From assembly GCA_043228905.1 (NCBI GenBank), contig JBHGNT010000015.1, positions 6,510,001-6,574,000 on the forward strand: 64,000 nucleotides of DNA, written 5' to 3'. The notes below the pieces were generated by a model. The model did no database searches. It was not told the origin of the DNA and was given only the letters and a program-made list of their open reading frames with translations. Both the position numbers and the translations under genes were made by a program. Position 1 is the first letter of the stretch; every line of letters begins with the position of its first letter. This DNA is from Azolla caroliniana (Eukaryota > Plantae > Polypodiophyta). This document shows, in pieces, positions 53,028 through 64,000 of this stretch.

Positions 53028-55780
53028 TCATTCCACCACAGCCTTATTAGGGCGTGGTAGGAGAGGCTTCGGATTTCCTAAGGTGTCCCAACCTTCCAGG
53101 GTCTCCTTGGTAGGATCTTTAATGCATCTCGTGGGGCAGTTCTTTTTTAAATGACCAAGCTTTTTGCATGCAAAACATTGTCCCAGTGCGCCGATCACTT
53201 CTATGTGTTGTTCAATCCGTATTCCGTTTTTCCCCGAAATGAGGATCTTGGAAGGAAGTTTGTTGATGTCATGCACCAAGAGGAGGATAGAGGGAGGGCC
53301 TAGGTGTTTCTTTAGCCTGTCCGATAGCGTTAGTTCCTCGTCCAACATCATACCCAAGGAGTTTCCAATAGTAGGAAGTAACATGTTGTATTCTAAGGAT
53401 AATCTCGGAAACAACATTGTTACCTTTTTCATGGAATCATCATGTTGCGCGGCTTTCTCTAGGTTAAAACCATGTGACCATTTATGCATGAATAACCATG
53501 TGTTTCGGACCTGGCAAGGAGATATTGCTACGAGGTTCGATGCGGAATCCTTGTCCAACATCATACCCAAGGAGTTTCCAATAGTAGGAAGTAACATGTT
53601 GTATTCTAAGGATAATCTCGGAAACAACATTGTTACCTTTTTCATGGAATCATCATGTTGCGCGGCTTTCTCTAGGTTAAAACCATGTGACCATTTATGC
53701 ATGAATAACCATGTGTTTCGGACCTGGCAAGGAGATATTGCTACGAGGTTCACTGCGGAATCCTTGTCCTCTAATATGATTTGATAGAAACCTTTACCAA
53801 GCAGTTGGACTTCTTTTGTACCGCCTATTTGTGAATGAAATTTAGCTTGCAGCATATCTCGCAACAATGGTTGTTCCTGAATGACGCACAAACGCCAAGG
53901 CGGGATCTAGCTTCTAACCGTTTTTTGTTAGGAATCATAAGGGCATGGGATGGGATCAAATCATTTCTAATTAAGGAGAAGCCCTCGACTTGGGATGCAT
54001 TGCTTAATCAGCCTCTTCTTGGAAATTCTCTATTTCGGGATAATATAGGAAAAGTACTGGGTCTCAGAACTCACCTTGCCTGGGGTAAACTGGATAATGG
54101 GCCAACTGCTTCTATAAATACTTGGATTCTTTTCCAACATATGCCAGCAGATCGACTTGCACAGCTACAAACTATTCGTGGAGCCAAGATAATGACGGCT
54201 GCCATTTCAGTTTCATATTCCTCATTAGCGGTGACTTTCGAACCCATACAGGAGCATTTCTGGTTTGGATGCTTCATAAATGATACATTGTTTGTTGTCA
54301 AGTGTATCTCACCTAATGGGTGCATCTCTTATTTTGAGGTTCTTGATAACAATAGAATGCAGCCTCATGCTTTTGACTGCAGCTACTTTCAGCATGTGCA
54401 GAATGCACCAGTCAGAGTGATTGCAAAAATGGGAAAGAAGTGGTTGTTGGATCCTTATCCTTCTATTGCACATATGTGTGATATGATGTGGTTGTATGCA
54501 AAAGAACCTGTTGCAAGACTACTATGGGATCTGGGGGGTTGGTTCTAGACATATTCCTTGGGGGAACATATCATAAAGGTTCTCTTTTTTCAGTATACAG
54601 TAAAGCTAGGAACGTCATTACTAAGGTCTATGAATGTAATGACGCCAGCAACACAAAAACATTGGACTAACTAGGGTGTTTCAATGTTGCAGTTGAAAAC
54701 ATATTGGAGATGGATATGGTCTTTCAAGGGGCCTTCTAAATTTATTCTTTTTAGATGGCTATTAGTGCATGTTGCATTACCAGTTGGCCAAACGTTAAAA
54801 GGGAATGTCGCACAGAATCTCAGGCAATGTGGATTATGCTATGCAACGCCGGAGACTACTAAGCATGCTCTCTGGTCTTGTCCCTTGGCTCAGCAAGTAT
54901 GGAATAAAGTTCTTTCTTTATTCCTAACAATCAATGTTGGTTGCTTGTTCTCATGGGGAGCAGCGGTGTGGGGAGTATTACACTCCAGCCTGATGTTGTA
55001 TGAGGCAGATGATATGCAAGAGGCCATGACGGCATATAACAGAAGATTGATATCAGTTAGTCCATTTCAGCAACCTCGAAAGCAGATGCGATCTGTCGAG
55101 ATCTGGAAAACTGTGACTACGATAACATTATGGGTATTATGGAAATGTAGATGTAGTCAACTTTATGATGCCGCAAAACTTGGCATTCCAGAGGTATTGC
55201 TTGAGATATGGGAAACATTGTTGACAGTAGTTTGTGGGCAGTGTGATAACATAGCTGGTTCTCCAGAAAATATTCATAAAAGAAGGATGAAGCTTCTTCA
55301 CTTATGGAGGAAGGTGCCTCTCTTTGTAATGACAAACCAAAGACCTCAATGGAATTATCATCTTCCATGGACCTTTTCTTGATATAAAACCAACATGTTA
55401 ATGTATCGTTTAAGGCTCAACAACCCTATATAAGCTGTTTTTGTATGTACAAGTTTAGGTGTACATACATTACGTTGTAAACCTACGGGCAGATAACTTT
55501 CACTTGTACTTTCTCGATGTTTTAATACTATTGAAGAAAATCTTTCGGGGGAAGAAAAAAACAATCCTCTGTTTGGTCGTGATCCCATCACGCAGCATAT
55601 GACCGTTATTCACTCAAGGCGCTCTATCTCTTGCTCAAGTAGAAGCATTTCTTCGTTATTGAAAATAATCTCAACAGGACCCCCACTATTAGAGTTGTTT
55701 TTATCTTGCATTTTTCCGTTATTGATCGAGGGGCCTATTTGCACGACGTGTTCGATAGTGACGATGTTCGAAGTTTCCAT
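53028..55780 (-). pseudogene. LINE ORF1 (DUF4283-like region + CCHC knuckle), split by a second LINE
   Basis: N-terminus METSNIVTIEH...VMGSRPNRGL (55780-55562) continues as LRDMLQAKF at 53865 once the insert is removed. Confidence 0.8.
53869..55559 (+). mobile_element. 5'-truncated LINE (ORF2 C-terminus with zf-RVT-like region, 3' UTR, A-rich tail)
   Basis: WRWIWSFKGPSKFILFRWLLVHVALPV...CGLC...ETTKHALWSCP; A-tail at ~55552-55560; TSD AACAAT at 53863-53868 and 55560-55565. Confidence 0.85.
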
Positions 55781-55831
55781 GATTGATGGAGTCTTCCAAC
55801 GTGTTTGGGGGGGGGGGGGGGGCAGTAGACG

Positions 55832-55867
<36 letters not shown>

Positions 55868-58112
55868 TTGGGGGGGTAGTTGTCGGACTTGTAGTTTGTG
55901 GTTAGGGTGTGGAGTCTCACTTTTATTTTGGGGGAGGAGGGGCTTTTTCCTTTGGTTGGTCCCACATTACGAAATTTTGGGGCACTTTTCGAACAGTGTA
56001 TCCCACTTCTCGAACTTGGGGGGGGGGGGGGGGGAACCCACTTTTCGAACTATTGGAAGGTGGGGAGGTGGGTGGGTGGTTCCACTTTTCGAACTATGGG
56101 GGGGCACTCTTCGAATTGTGGTTTTTTTTTTTTTCTTGGGGGGGGGGTTTGTTGTGTAACCCTAACGATAGTGCACACCGACGGTGGCGTGAGGGCCCAC
56201 TGTGAGGGCCCATTGTGAGGTGCGCGCGATTTAGCTCCGGCTCCTACTCGGGCTCCGTTCCCCAGTGGCCTCTGCTCCGATCCCTTCTTCTTCTTCTCGA
56301 TTTATCTGCTCATTTAACTTCAATCTTGAAATACTTGTGTGAAATTATAAAATTGATTTTGACTAATAATCGAGAAACTTAATTCAATTTTGCAATAGTT
56401 GTGATAGTTCTCTATTTGTGTAATTTTAGAGAAGTGAAAAATCTAGACAAGTTAATGGTGGCATGCATGCCCAAGTCATTTTGTTTGTTTCGATGATGGG
56501 ATTATGTATGGCAAAATGACAAGCCACTTACATAATATCATAATTTTATTCCGGCATCCCAATGTTTGCATTTATTTTGCTTATTAGAAACTAAAAGCAT
56601 GATATTATCATTTTCATCATTCTTTATGTTGTGGAAATTTATTACAAGGACAATGTTGTGAAGCCATTCTTTTTGGAAGTTGATCCCAAACTAAAATTAG
56701 CATGAAACATTTTCATAGTGAACACGACATTAAAACTACTTATTTAATGTTCCAATGCACAAACGTTACCATTACACCTTAATGTTTATCATTTTGAATT
56801 AAAAAAATGAACAACCTCACATTTGAATCTAAACTATAAACATGATGCTTTCACATTGTGCTAATCATTAAATGACTTGTTTGTTTCACAAGCCACTCAA
56901 GTTCACTATATACACTGAGAATCTCCATGATGTTTGATTTCCTTGGTTAAATAGCAATCATGGGGTTTACGCCTATAATTGATTAGATTATCATCAAGAT
57001 TAACACGTGTGGACAACATTGTCAAAACACTATGTATAGTGATCCCAATGAGCCATTCCAATGAGAGAGGAACTTGTACATTATGTGACTCAAGTTGGTT
57101 GAACATCTAGTAACTTGTTCTTGACGAAAACCAAAGCCATGAATTGATGTAGACTCATGAAACTTGGACACAAAAAGCAATCAGAAGGGATCTAGAAATG
57201 TGTTCAATTATTGTTGCCATTGGAAATGATAGAATTCATTGAGCTATGTATGAAGTTTCATATCTAACAAAGTATCTTCTAAATACTGTGTGAAATCAAA
57301 CCAGAAGACAATGAACTCATTGGAAGTGGAAATAATTTAATGCAAGAACTCAAATATAATTAATCACAAGGACTTACAATATGCGGTTCCATTTTTTCAA
57401 AACCTTTATTAAGTTCCATTAATCATGATTTAATGAATGCTCCCATGTTTATTAATCCAAAGATTATTATCATCTCCCTATTCTAGCATTCAAGTACCTT
57501 AATTATGAATCTCTTCTTAGTTCACTTATCCAAGTTTGATCCTCCCCATGGGCTAGGCCTCATCTCATATATCACAATTGTTCTTCCATGGGCGTTAAAA
57601 ACAAATCTATCTTATCTTATCTTAGACTTACCCTAACCCCTTTACGGACATGTTTGTTGTTACCGTACCATGTCCCCTTTCTTTAACCCCTTCCCCGATA
57701 AGTTATTCATAATCCATCCACCTTATGATAATCTCTTCATTAATCATTTCAGTAATCCACTTATCCAATCTTAACCTAGTTCATCGATAAGTTGTTGCAT
57801 ACTCCGCATGTAATGAACATTACCTTTTTATGCTTCACTTTCTTTAGACACTCATAACACCGTAACATGCACTAGTAATCTCTTCTCAATACATTATTAT
57901 GCCTTCATTAATCTCTGCTTAATCCACTTATTGTATTTTTAAAAGATGATTAGCACTAACAAGAAGCAAACATGTAATTTATCACAAAATGGTCTTATTT
58001 CATATACCGATTTTGAAGAAGGAAATATTGAAGAATGGCAAAGCTTCTAAAGAAACACAGAAAACAGAGACACAGACAGAGAAACAGAGTGGCAGAAACA
58101 GGGGTTTGAGCT

Positions 58113-61100
58113 ATGGTGGGCGAGAATTGTAGCGAAGCAGATTCTCTGTGGATCGAATTCCTCCTCTTGCCATCCAAGCTGGATGAACATCTGGCATCTC
58201 TTGACGCAGGAATCATCACAAAGCCCTCTCACGTCGACCTCCTCCTTGTGTTCCTAGAGAGAGCTATCCTCTCACATAAAAGCACACCATCATCAACTCT
58301 CAACAAATTGGTATGCCACGTGAACTTTTGCTTGTATTGTTTCTGATATTTGCCTTTATATATGCATATTTGGGTTATGCTTGCCTCCTATTTATTAATT
58401 AATTTATTAATCTTGCAATATAGGTGCGTGCACTATTTAAATTGATTTGTTTTAATTATTGCATTTTGGATGCAAATGCGAAAAGAAACTACAACAAAAG
58501 TCTTGCATTTGGGAAGCAAAAGGCTGAAAGAACGAACTACAACAAATTCTTGCATTTGGAAGCAAATTTTCTGAAAACAGCTGAAAAACAATATTGCATT
58601 TTGGATGGGAATACCAAAAAAACTAAATTTGTTTTTACATTCAGAAGCAATCACCAAAGAGAAAATAAAACACACACATGAAATTTTCTTCTATGGATTG
58701 ATGCTGGACTGAAGAGAGTTTTTATAATACCTTGTGATACTGATGGGTTTCATTTTGTGGCAATGAAATCTCAAGAATCACATGGCATCCTGGTTTCCAT
58801 ACAAAAACCATGAAAACTTTTCAATATGATTTGTCAATGTATAACCAATACGGGCAACCTTTCGATAGTGGTGAAATTTTTCCTATGCTTTGAGGATAAT
58901 GTTATCTTGTAGTGAGTCACTTCTTTAAATGGAAGGTATTTTTATCTGTTTAGATGGGTTCCTTGCAGGATATTGCTATTTCAGTTAGCAATGCAGAGGG
59001 AAAGGCCGCATTGCTTTGCAGACTTGCAGCAAAAGTATGGATGGCGTCCCAATTATCTCTATTAGATATAGAGTCTATCCCCTCTTTACATCATCAATTT
59101 CTCTTGTTGAAGGCATTGATCAAATATGATGATACCAACTCATTGCTTCATCAATGTCAACTACATCAATGGATACTCCATAATGTACTAAAACCACATG
59201 CAGCAAGAACCACCTGCTCAAGACGAGGAGGATCATTGACATCCTTGCAGAGGGGCTTGTTAATAGGTGAGAATGCTCCTCTTGTTTTAGCCAGTGAAGG
59301 ATATGAGACCATAGCAAGTGGTGAGAATGATTCAATTACATTCATAGAGAATGTGCTTGGCTTGTCCGAGGGAGATAAAGACAATCCCAATCAGGTTGTG
59401 GACTTGGCATCTCAAAGCTTTCCATCTGACATCAATGGTGATTCTTTTGGTGTTTCCCACTCAAACTCTTCAATCTTATGTGACGCTTATCAATGCCAAT
59501 TACTAATGGATTTAGGTGAGGTGCATTTTATGAGGGGGAAAATCTTCAAGGCACACAGATTATTCTCAATTTGTGGGAAAAAGCTAGAAGATTATGTGGT
59601 AGGTAATCAATTTAAAACATTACATGTTCCAATTTCAAAGGATAGGCTTGTGGGATTTATCATTGCATGTAGAATGGTTCTGGGTATGCATTTATTTACT
59701 ATGCAAAATATAAAAGTGGAACTAATTCAAGAAATTGGAATGGGCAAACCTCCCTTACAAACTTTAGAGTCTCCGTCTTCATCTGATTATGCTGTTATTG
59801 CTTGTGAACAATCAAGATGGTTCTTAAGAAGCAAGTGTCATTCACATGTATTGCCTTGCAAGACTGAACAAAAGTTAACCTTGGACCTGGGTGACGTGTT
59901 CTCATCTTTGGAGGGATCTGAAAACACCTCATTGAAGGCCAGTCATATGTTTTCTCTTCTGATGGAATTGATGGCAGACAATGTCTCAAATATGTCCTGT
60001 GAGAAAAATACATATGATGAACATGTTCTGCTAGATGATATTTCTCATAAATGTTTAATTCATGTCTTCGTTCACGATCTTTTCTGGGGACATTTGAAAT
60101 GGGGATACCGCATCTCTCTAGAAAACGATCCTTCTATTCCGTCAATGATCCAATCTCTTTTGATAGGATGCAATGCACTTCGTAGCATTATTGTTGGATG
60201 TCAAGTGGAGTCATTTCTGAGAATCAGTGATCGAATAGGTAATAACATGGAGGCAATTCAGTTTTTGTTGAAAATGATAGCAGCATGTATGAGAGGAGGA
60301 GAAACAATTCTACTAAGAGATGCAGATGGAATCCAGTCAAAAAGGAGGAAGCTCGATGATAATGATAAAGAAACATTGGCTTCACGGTTTCATCAGTTTG
60401 TTCGATATATTTGTTGTGTGATCGACAAGTCCTGGTGCTGGGAGCTTGCAAATGACCTTCAGTTATTAACTGACAAAGAAATTAAAACAGAGCTGGTAGA
60501 TGGAGTGGTGGATCATTTCACAACTCCAGATTCCCCTGAGAAAGACAATGTTGGAGCATTTTTCTCACTAATGCAAGCGGAAAATGTTCATGATTGTGAC
60601 GCAATCTTGAAGAAAAACATGCCGTTGGTTTCAGAAGAAATGGTGGCAGCACCTTGTGATAGAATGCAAGTTGATTTGGAACAGGAGCCCATTTCGAGAG
60701 TGGACTTTTCAAGGAAATGCACAGGCAATATTTTAAGGCAAAAAGCTTATAATGCAATTGTATGTGGAAGCCAATATGAACTTGCCAAATATCTATGCAA
60801 TCAGGCCTTACTACATGATCCAGAAAATTGTGATTCTAACCTCATGCATTGGTTGCTATGTAAGTTAGCCAAAGAAAGAGGAGAACTTCAAATAAAGTCA
60901 GGTCAAGCAGATAATTTTGCTAGCTCAAAATTTGTAGCATTCACTCTACAGAATCTTATAGATGAAGAATTATGGGAAAATGTGCAGGAGATGTGCACCT
61001 GGTTAACTTCCTTCACGAGCAATAGCTTAAATGATATGGTTGACAATGATGGAAACATGAAAAGGAAAGCAGAAAAATTGATCTTGTTCGGGAAAGTGGC

Positions 61101-62203
61101 AAAAGCTATTGTGCATTTGTGTGTCTTTTGTTCTTCAATGAAAGAGAATACAGAAGCTAGTGAGATAGGCCCTGTATTGTGTCATCCCTTTGAAGAATTT
61201 CTGTGCCATGTCTTCAATGTTAGCAGGCTGAAAGATATGGAAGTTTTGCACCCCAGTATAAGCATGATGCCATTCATCTTGAACATATCAAACCTTAATG
61301 TAATAAAGCTCATTGCAACATTGGCAGTCGGTTGGTTGCAAAGATTCCATTTAGCAGGACTGAATCCATGGCCAAAAGACATTGAGAGGTATGGAGTTTT
61401 GGCCAAGATCATGGCTGGTGTACCAATAGCTTCAACTGCAGGGTCTTCTAAAAGCGTTTCTCTTCGTATATCACTTGATTCTGTCAGAGATTTACTTCGT
61501 ATGCTTTTGGAAAGAATTGTAAATAACACTGATATTATAGATTGTGATATAGAGAATGGGCATATCTGGATGCAAGGACTTGCTGATCTTGCATATGAAG
61601 ATAAGGATCATGTTCAGGCACTTCAATACTATTTACAGGTAATGATTAGCTCTAAATTTGGGCTGATATTTTGGCAACTATGGGTGAGTTCTTCTTATAT
61701 TTTTTCCTGAGATAGTTTGAAGGGTTCTAGTTTCTTAAGCAAACTATTTTGCTCTTTCAAAAACAATCAATATTAGATTCATTAATAACTACTACAATTT
61801 TTTTGCAAAACAAAGTGTGTTTGAGAGTGCCAAAAATGTTGTCACCAATAATGGGGTGCAGGTGGTTTGACTAAATGATCTCTGGAAGTCTTGTGATGCA
61901 ATTAACGATTCTCACTTTCCTTGTGAAATCCCCAAAAACCACTAGAACATGCCATGAAGAAAGAAACAGAAGGTCTTTCTTCCAAATCCATAGTTTCTGA
62001 TATAGCTTATTGGAACTTATATACATATTATTTTGTTTTTGGAAAATGTGATTTTAAAGAAGCTTTCTGAATATTTTTTTACTTGATATCAATGCCCTTA
62101 GTGACTCTCTGGATTTGCATTCTTGTAGGCAGGTGCTGCAAGAAGTGCATGCTATTGTGATCGCACATCATCAATGCCACAAGACATTTTCACTCCTTGG
62201 ATT
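58113..62203 (+). CDS. INTS8: Integrator complex subunit 8-like protein; first three exons, gene continues beyond the window
   Basis: Phase-0 GT-AG exons 58113-58310, 58954-61638 and 62129-62203. The motifs WIEFLL...LDEHL...DLLLVFLERA, LLCRLAAKV, QLLMDLGEVHF and WMQGLADLAY...ALQYYLQ|AGA...PQDIFTPWI parallel metazoan INTS8 as I recall it (WFEFLL, LKLLALKVA, YDLGAAYF, ALHYYLQAGA...PPDVYT). Confidence 0.82.
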
Positions 62204-63399
62204 GTGAGTCTCAAAATGTATTTTTGCACTTGTGTATAAAAGGATTCTCAATTTACGAATCAATGAGGTAAAGATAAAGCAAATATGTTTTAGGATGTTT
62301 AATGTATCTTGTAAAAATATTATGAACTCACCTCTAAATGAAACAAAGCATAGTAATAGGCTAGCTACATCTGTTTGTGTACAAAATGATGTTTTCCTTG
62401 AAAAGTTTCCTTATAAAGACTTTTGAAGATCTCAATTCCTTTTCATTTTCTGCTCTTCATCACTCCAGCCTTTGAAATCTCAGAGCAACTACCTTGCCAT
62501 CCTCCTCAGCATCTCTTTTGAAAATGTCCATCCTATGCTCACATTCATGCAACCTTTGAAAATGATGTTTTTCTTGACAAGTCTACTCATAGAGACTTTT
62601 GAAAATCTCAATTCCTTTTCCTGTTCTGCTCTTCCTTACTATAATCTTTGAAATCTTTGCGCAATTGCCTTGCCATCCTCCTAAGCATCATGTTTCTATG
62701 CCAGTCCTACACATTGTCTTTCCTTCTTCCTTTTCTTTCCTTCTTTTACTCATTTGAGTGCCTGATTAACTTTGGTCATTTTATCATTCTTGTTTCACTT
62801 CTTCATGGACTCCCTTATCGTTTTGTTTTTTCTTAATCTCCCTTGCATTGACATTATCTCCAACAAGAATTTGTTTTTACTCTTTGCTTGACCATTTGTG
62901 ATTTCATCCTCTTCCTTGTGTACTAGTTTTAGTTTGCATAGTTTCTATATGTCTCCAAGGTGGTATCCGCTGGCCATGTTAGAAAACCTGAACAGGAGGT
63001 TTGGTGCTAATTTGTGTTAATTACATCTCTAGAGAGGCTTATTAGATGTGAAAAACTTGCAATCATAAAGTCATGTCATATCTCATACATTCCCCAAGTC
63101 AGGCTGGGAGAAAAGAGAGATGTATTAACACCTAAAAGACTGAAATTGTTGGGGTAAAGGCCCTAAATTACCCCCTTATAGTGTGTACATGTATATAGGC
63201 TTATTTATAAAGGCCAAAAGTCACTTATCACTTTTTTGTTATTTTTGGGCCAAGTTCAGTGTGAACTTGGCCAACCCTAATTGGGTCATATAAAATATAA
63301 GTTAAAAACTTTTGGATCTCACTTCGAAAGGTGACCTCCTCCAACTATCTCTCTCTATGTTTTCAGCCATCGCTCTACTTCTACACCTACTGCTACTGT

Positions 63400-64000
63400 T
63401 AGGGATTCTATACTCAATGAAGAGATCAGGAGAAAAGCAAGTGGAGAAGGTGGCAGCTCAGCCAACATGGTTAGAGGTAGGACAGATAAGAGAAGTAACT
63501 ATGTACACAGGAACAAAAGTAGAGCCAAGGAAAGGGGAAATAGCACCATAGGTAAAAGCAATGATGTAACATGCTATGAGTGTGGCAGGAAAGGCCACAA
63601 GAAGCCCGATTGCCGCTATTACAAAGCAAAACTTGAAAGAAAGAAGAATTCTATAGATAAGAAAAAGGACAAGATTGATGCACATGACAACCAAAAGGAC
63701 AAAGAGAAGGCCAATTTGGCCTCCAATGTAATCATAGAGGAGTTGTTAGATGTTGAGGACATTTTATGTGCTACTTTTTCAACTGATGATACTTATGAAT
63801 GTGATGCCTCGCTAAATGTTCATTCGCAGGACATGTGCATCACTAAGAATGATCTTATTGATGCTTTGCTGACGATCAATGATGCATTGGCCCAAACATG
63901 GATAGTTGACTCTAGTGCGTCATATCATGTGACTCCCATCAAGGGGTGTTTTTCAACTTTTATTGTAGGCAGCCATGGCCATGTATACATTGGAAACAAT
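63400..64000 (+). mobile_element. Ty1/copia gag-protease fragment in intron 3 of the INTS8-like gene
   Basis: Zinc knuckle CYECGRKGHKKPDC (~63570-63615) and protease WIVDSSASYHVTP (~63899-63937). Confidence 0.85.

Larger units (their letters stand above)
42907..56322 (-). mobile_element. Full-length L1-clade LINE with three nested insertions
   Basis: 15-bp TSD ATCTTGAAATACTTG at 42892-42906 and 56323-56337; poly(A) appears as T-tract at 42907-42916. ORF1 starts at 55780 and has the zinc knuckle CFACKKLGHLKKNC. ORF2 has endonuclease MKIVTWNVQGL/NVYAPN/GGDFN, RT LDFEKAYDKV and a C-terminal region ending at 42961. Confidence 0.92.

Noticed and set aside
53835-55382. Twin-priming 5' inversion of the large LINE
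   Set aside because: The large LINE has its own 3' end at 42907. This piece has its own A-tail and TSD, so it is a separate insertion.
55599-56218. Gly/Phe-rich plus-strand ORFs
   Set aside because: They are artefacts of homopolymer runs, antisense to the LINE 5' UTR and ORF1.
61639-61710. C-terminus of the 918-aa ORF as the true protein end
   Set aside because: A GT donor at 61639 and an in-frame downstream exon continuing the conserved YYLQ-AGA motif show this is intron read-through.
62380-62700. Diverged ~130-bp direct repeat in INTS8 intron 3 as a functional element
   Set aside because: No coding or structural signal; it looks like an old local duplication.

Overview
Eukaryotic, intron-containing plant DNA. 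The TE content suggests a seed-free land plant such as a fern; that is inference only. About two thirds of the window is nested, decayed retroelements. (1) 1-23.6 kb is a stack of two fungal-like Ty3/gypsy elements, a chromovirus, two Ty1/copia families and a solo LTR, with one 2-kb inversion and several deletions. (2) 23.6-30.8 kb is AT-rich, largely unexplained sequence with a perfect 45-bp hairpin and a tandem-repeat array. (3) 31131-36074 is an intact 11-exon ABCG half-transporter (ABCG11/WBC11-like). (4) 36961-42742 is a full-length copia with a TSD. (5) 42907-56322 is a full-length L1-type LINE with a 15-bp TSD that carries a solo LTR, an RT-less copia and a second LINE. (6) From 58113 there is a spliced gene matching Integrator subunit 8 (INTS8), including the N-terminal W-x-EFLL motif that recruits PP2A in animals. 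The strongest leads are the plant INTS8, tRNA-like Pol III modules inside gypsy LTRs, a probable -1 frameshift between protease and RT, and a copia family with a second PPT and a charged extension after RNase H. All family assignments are by motif recognition; no searches were run.
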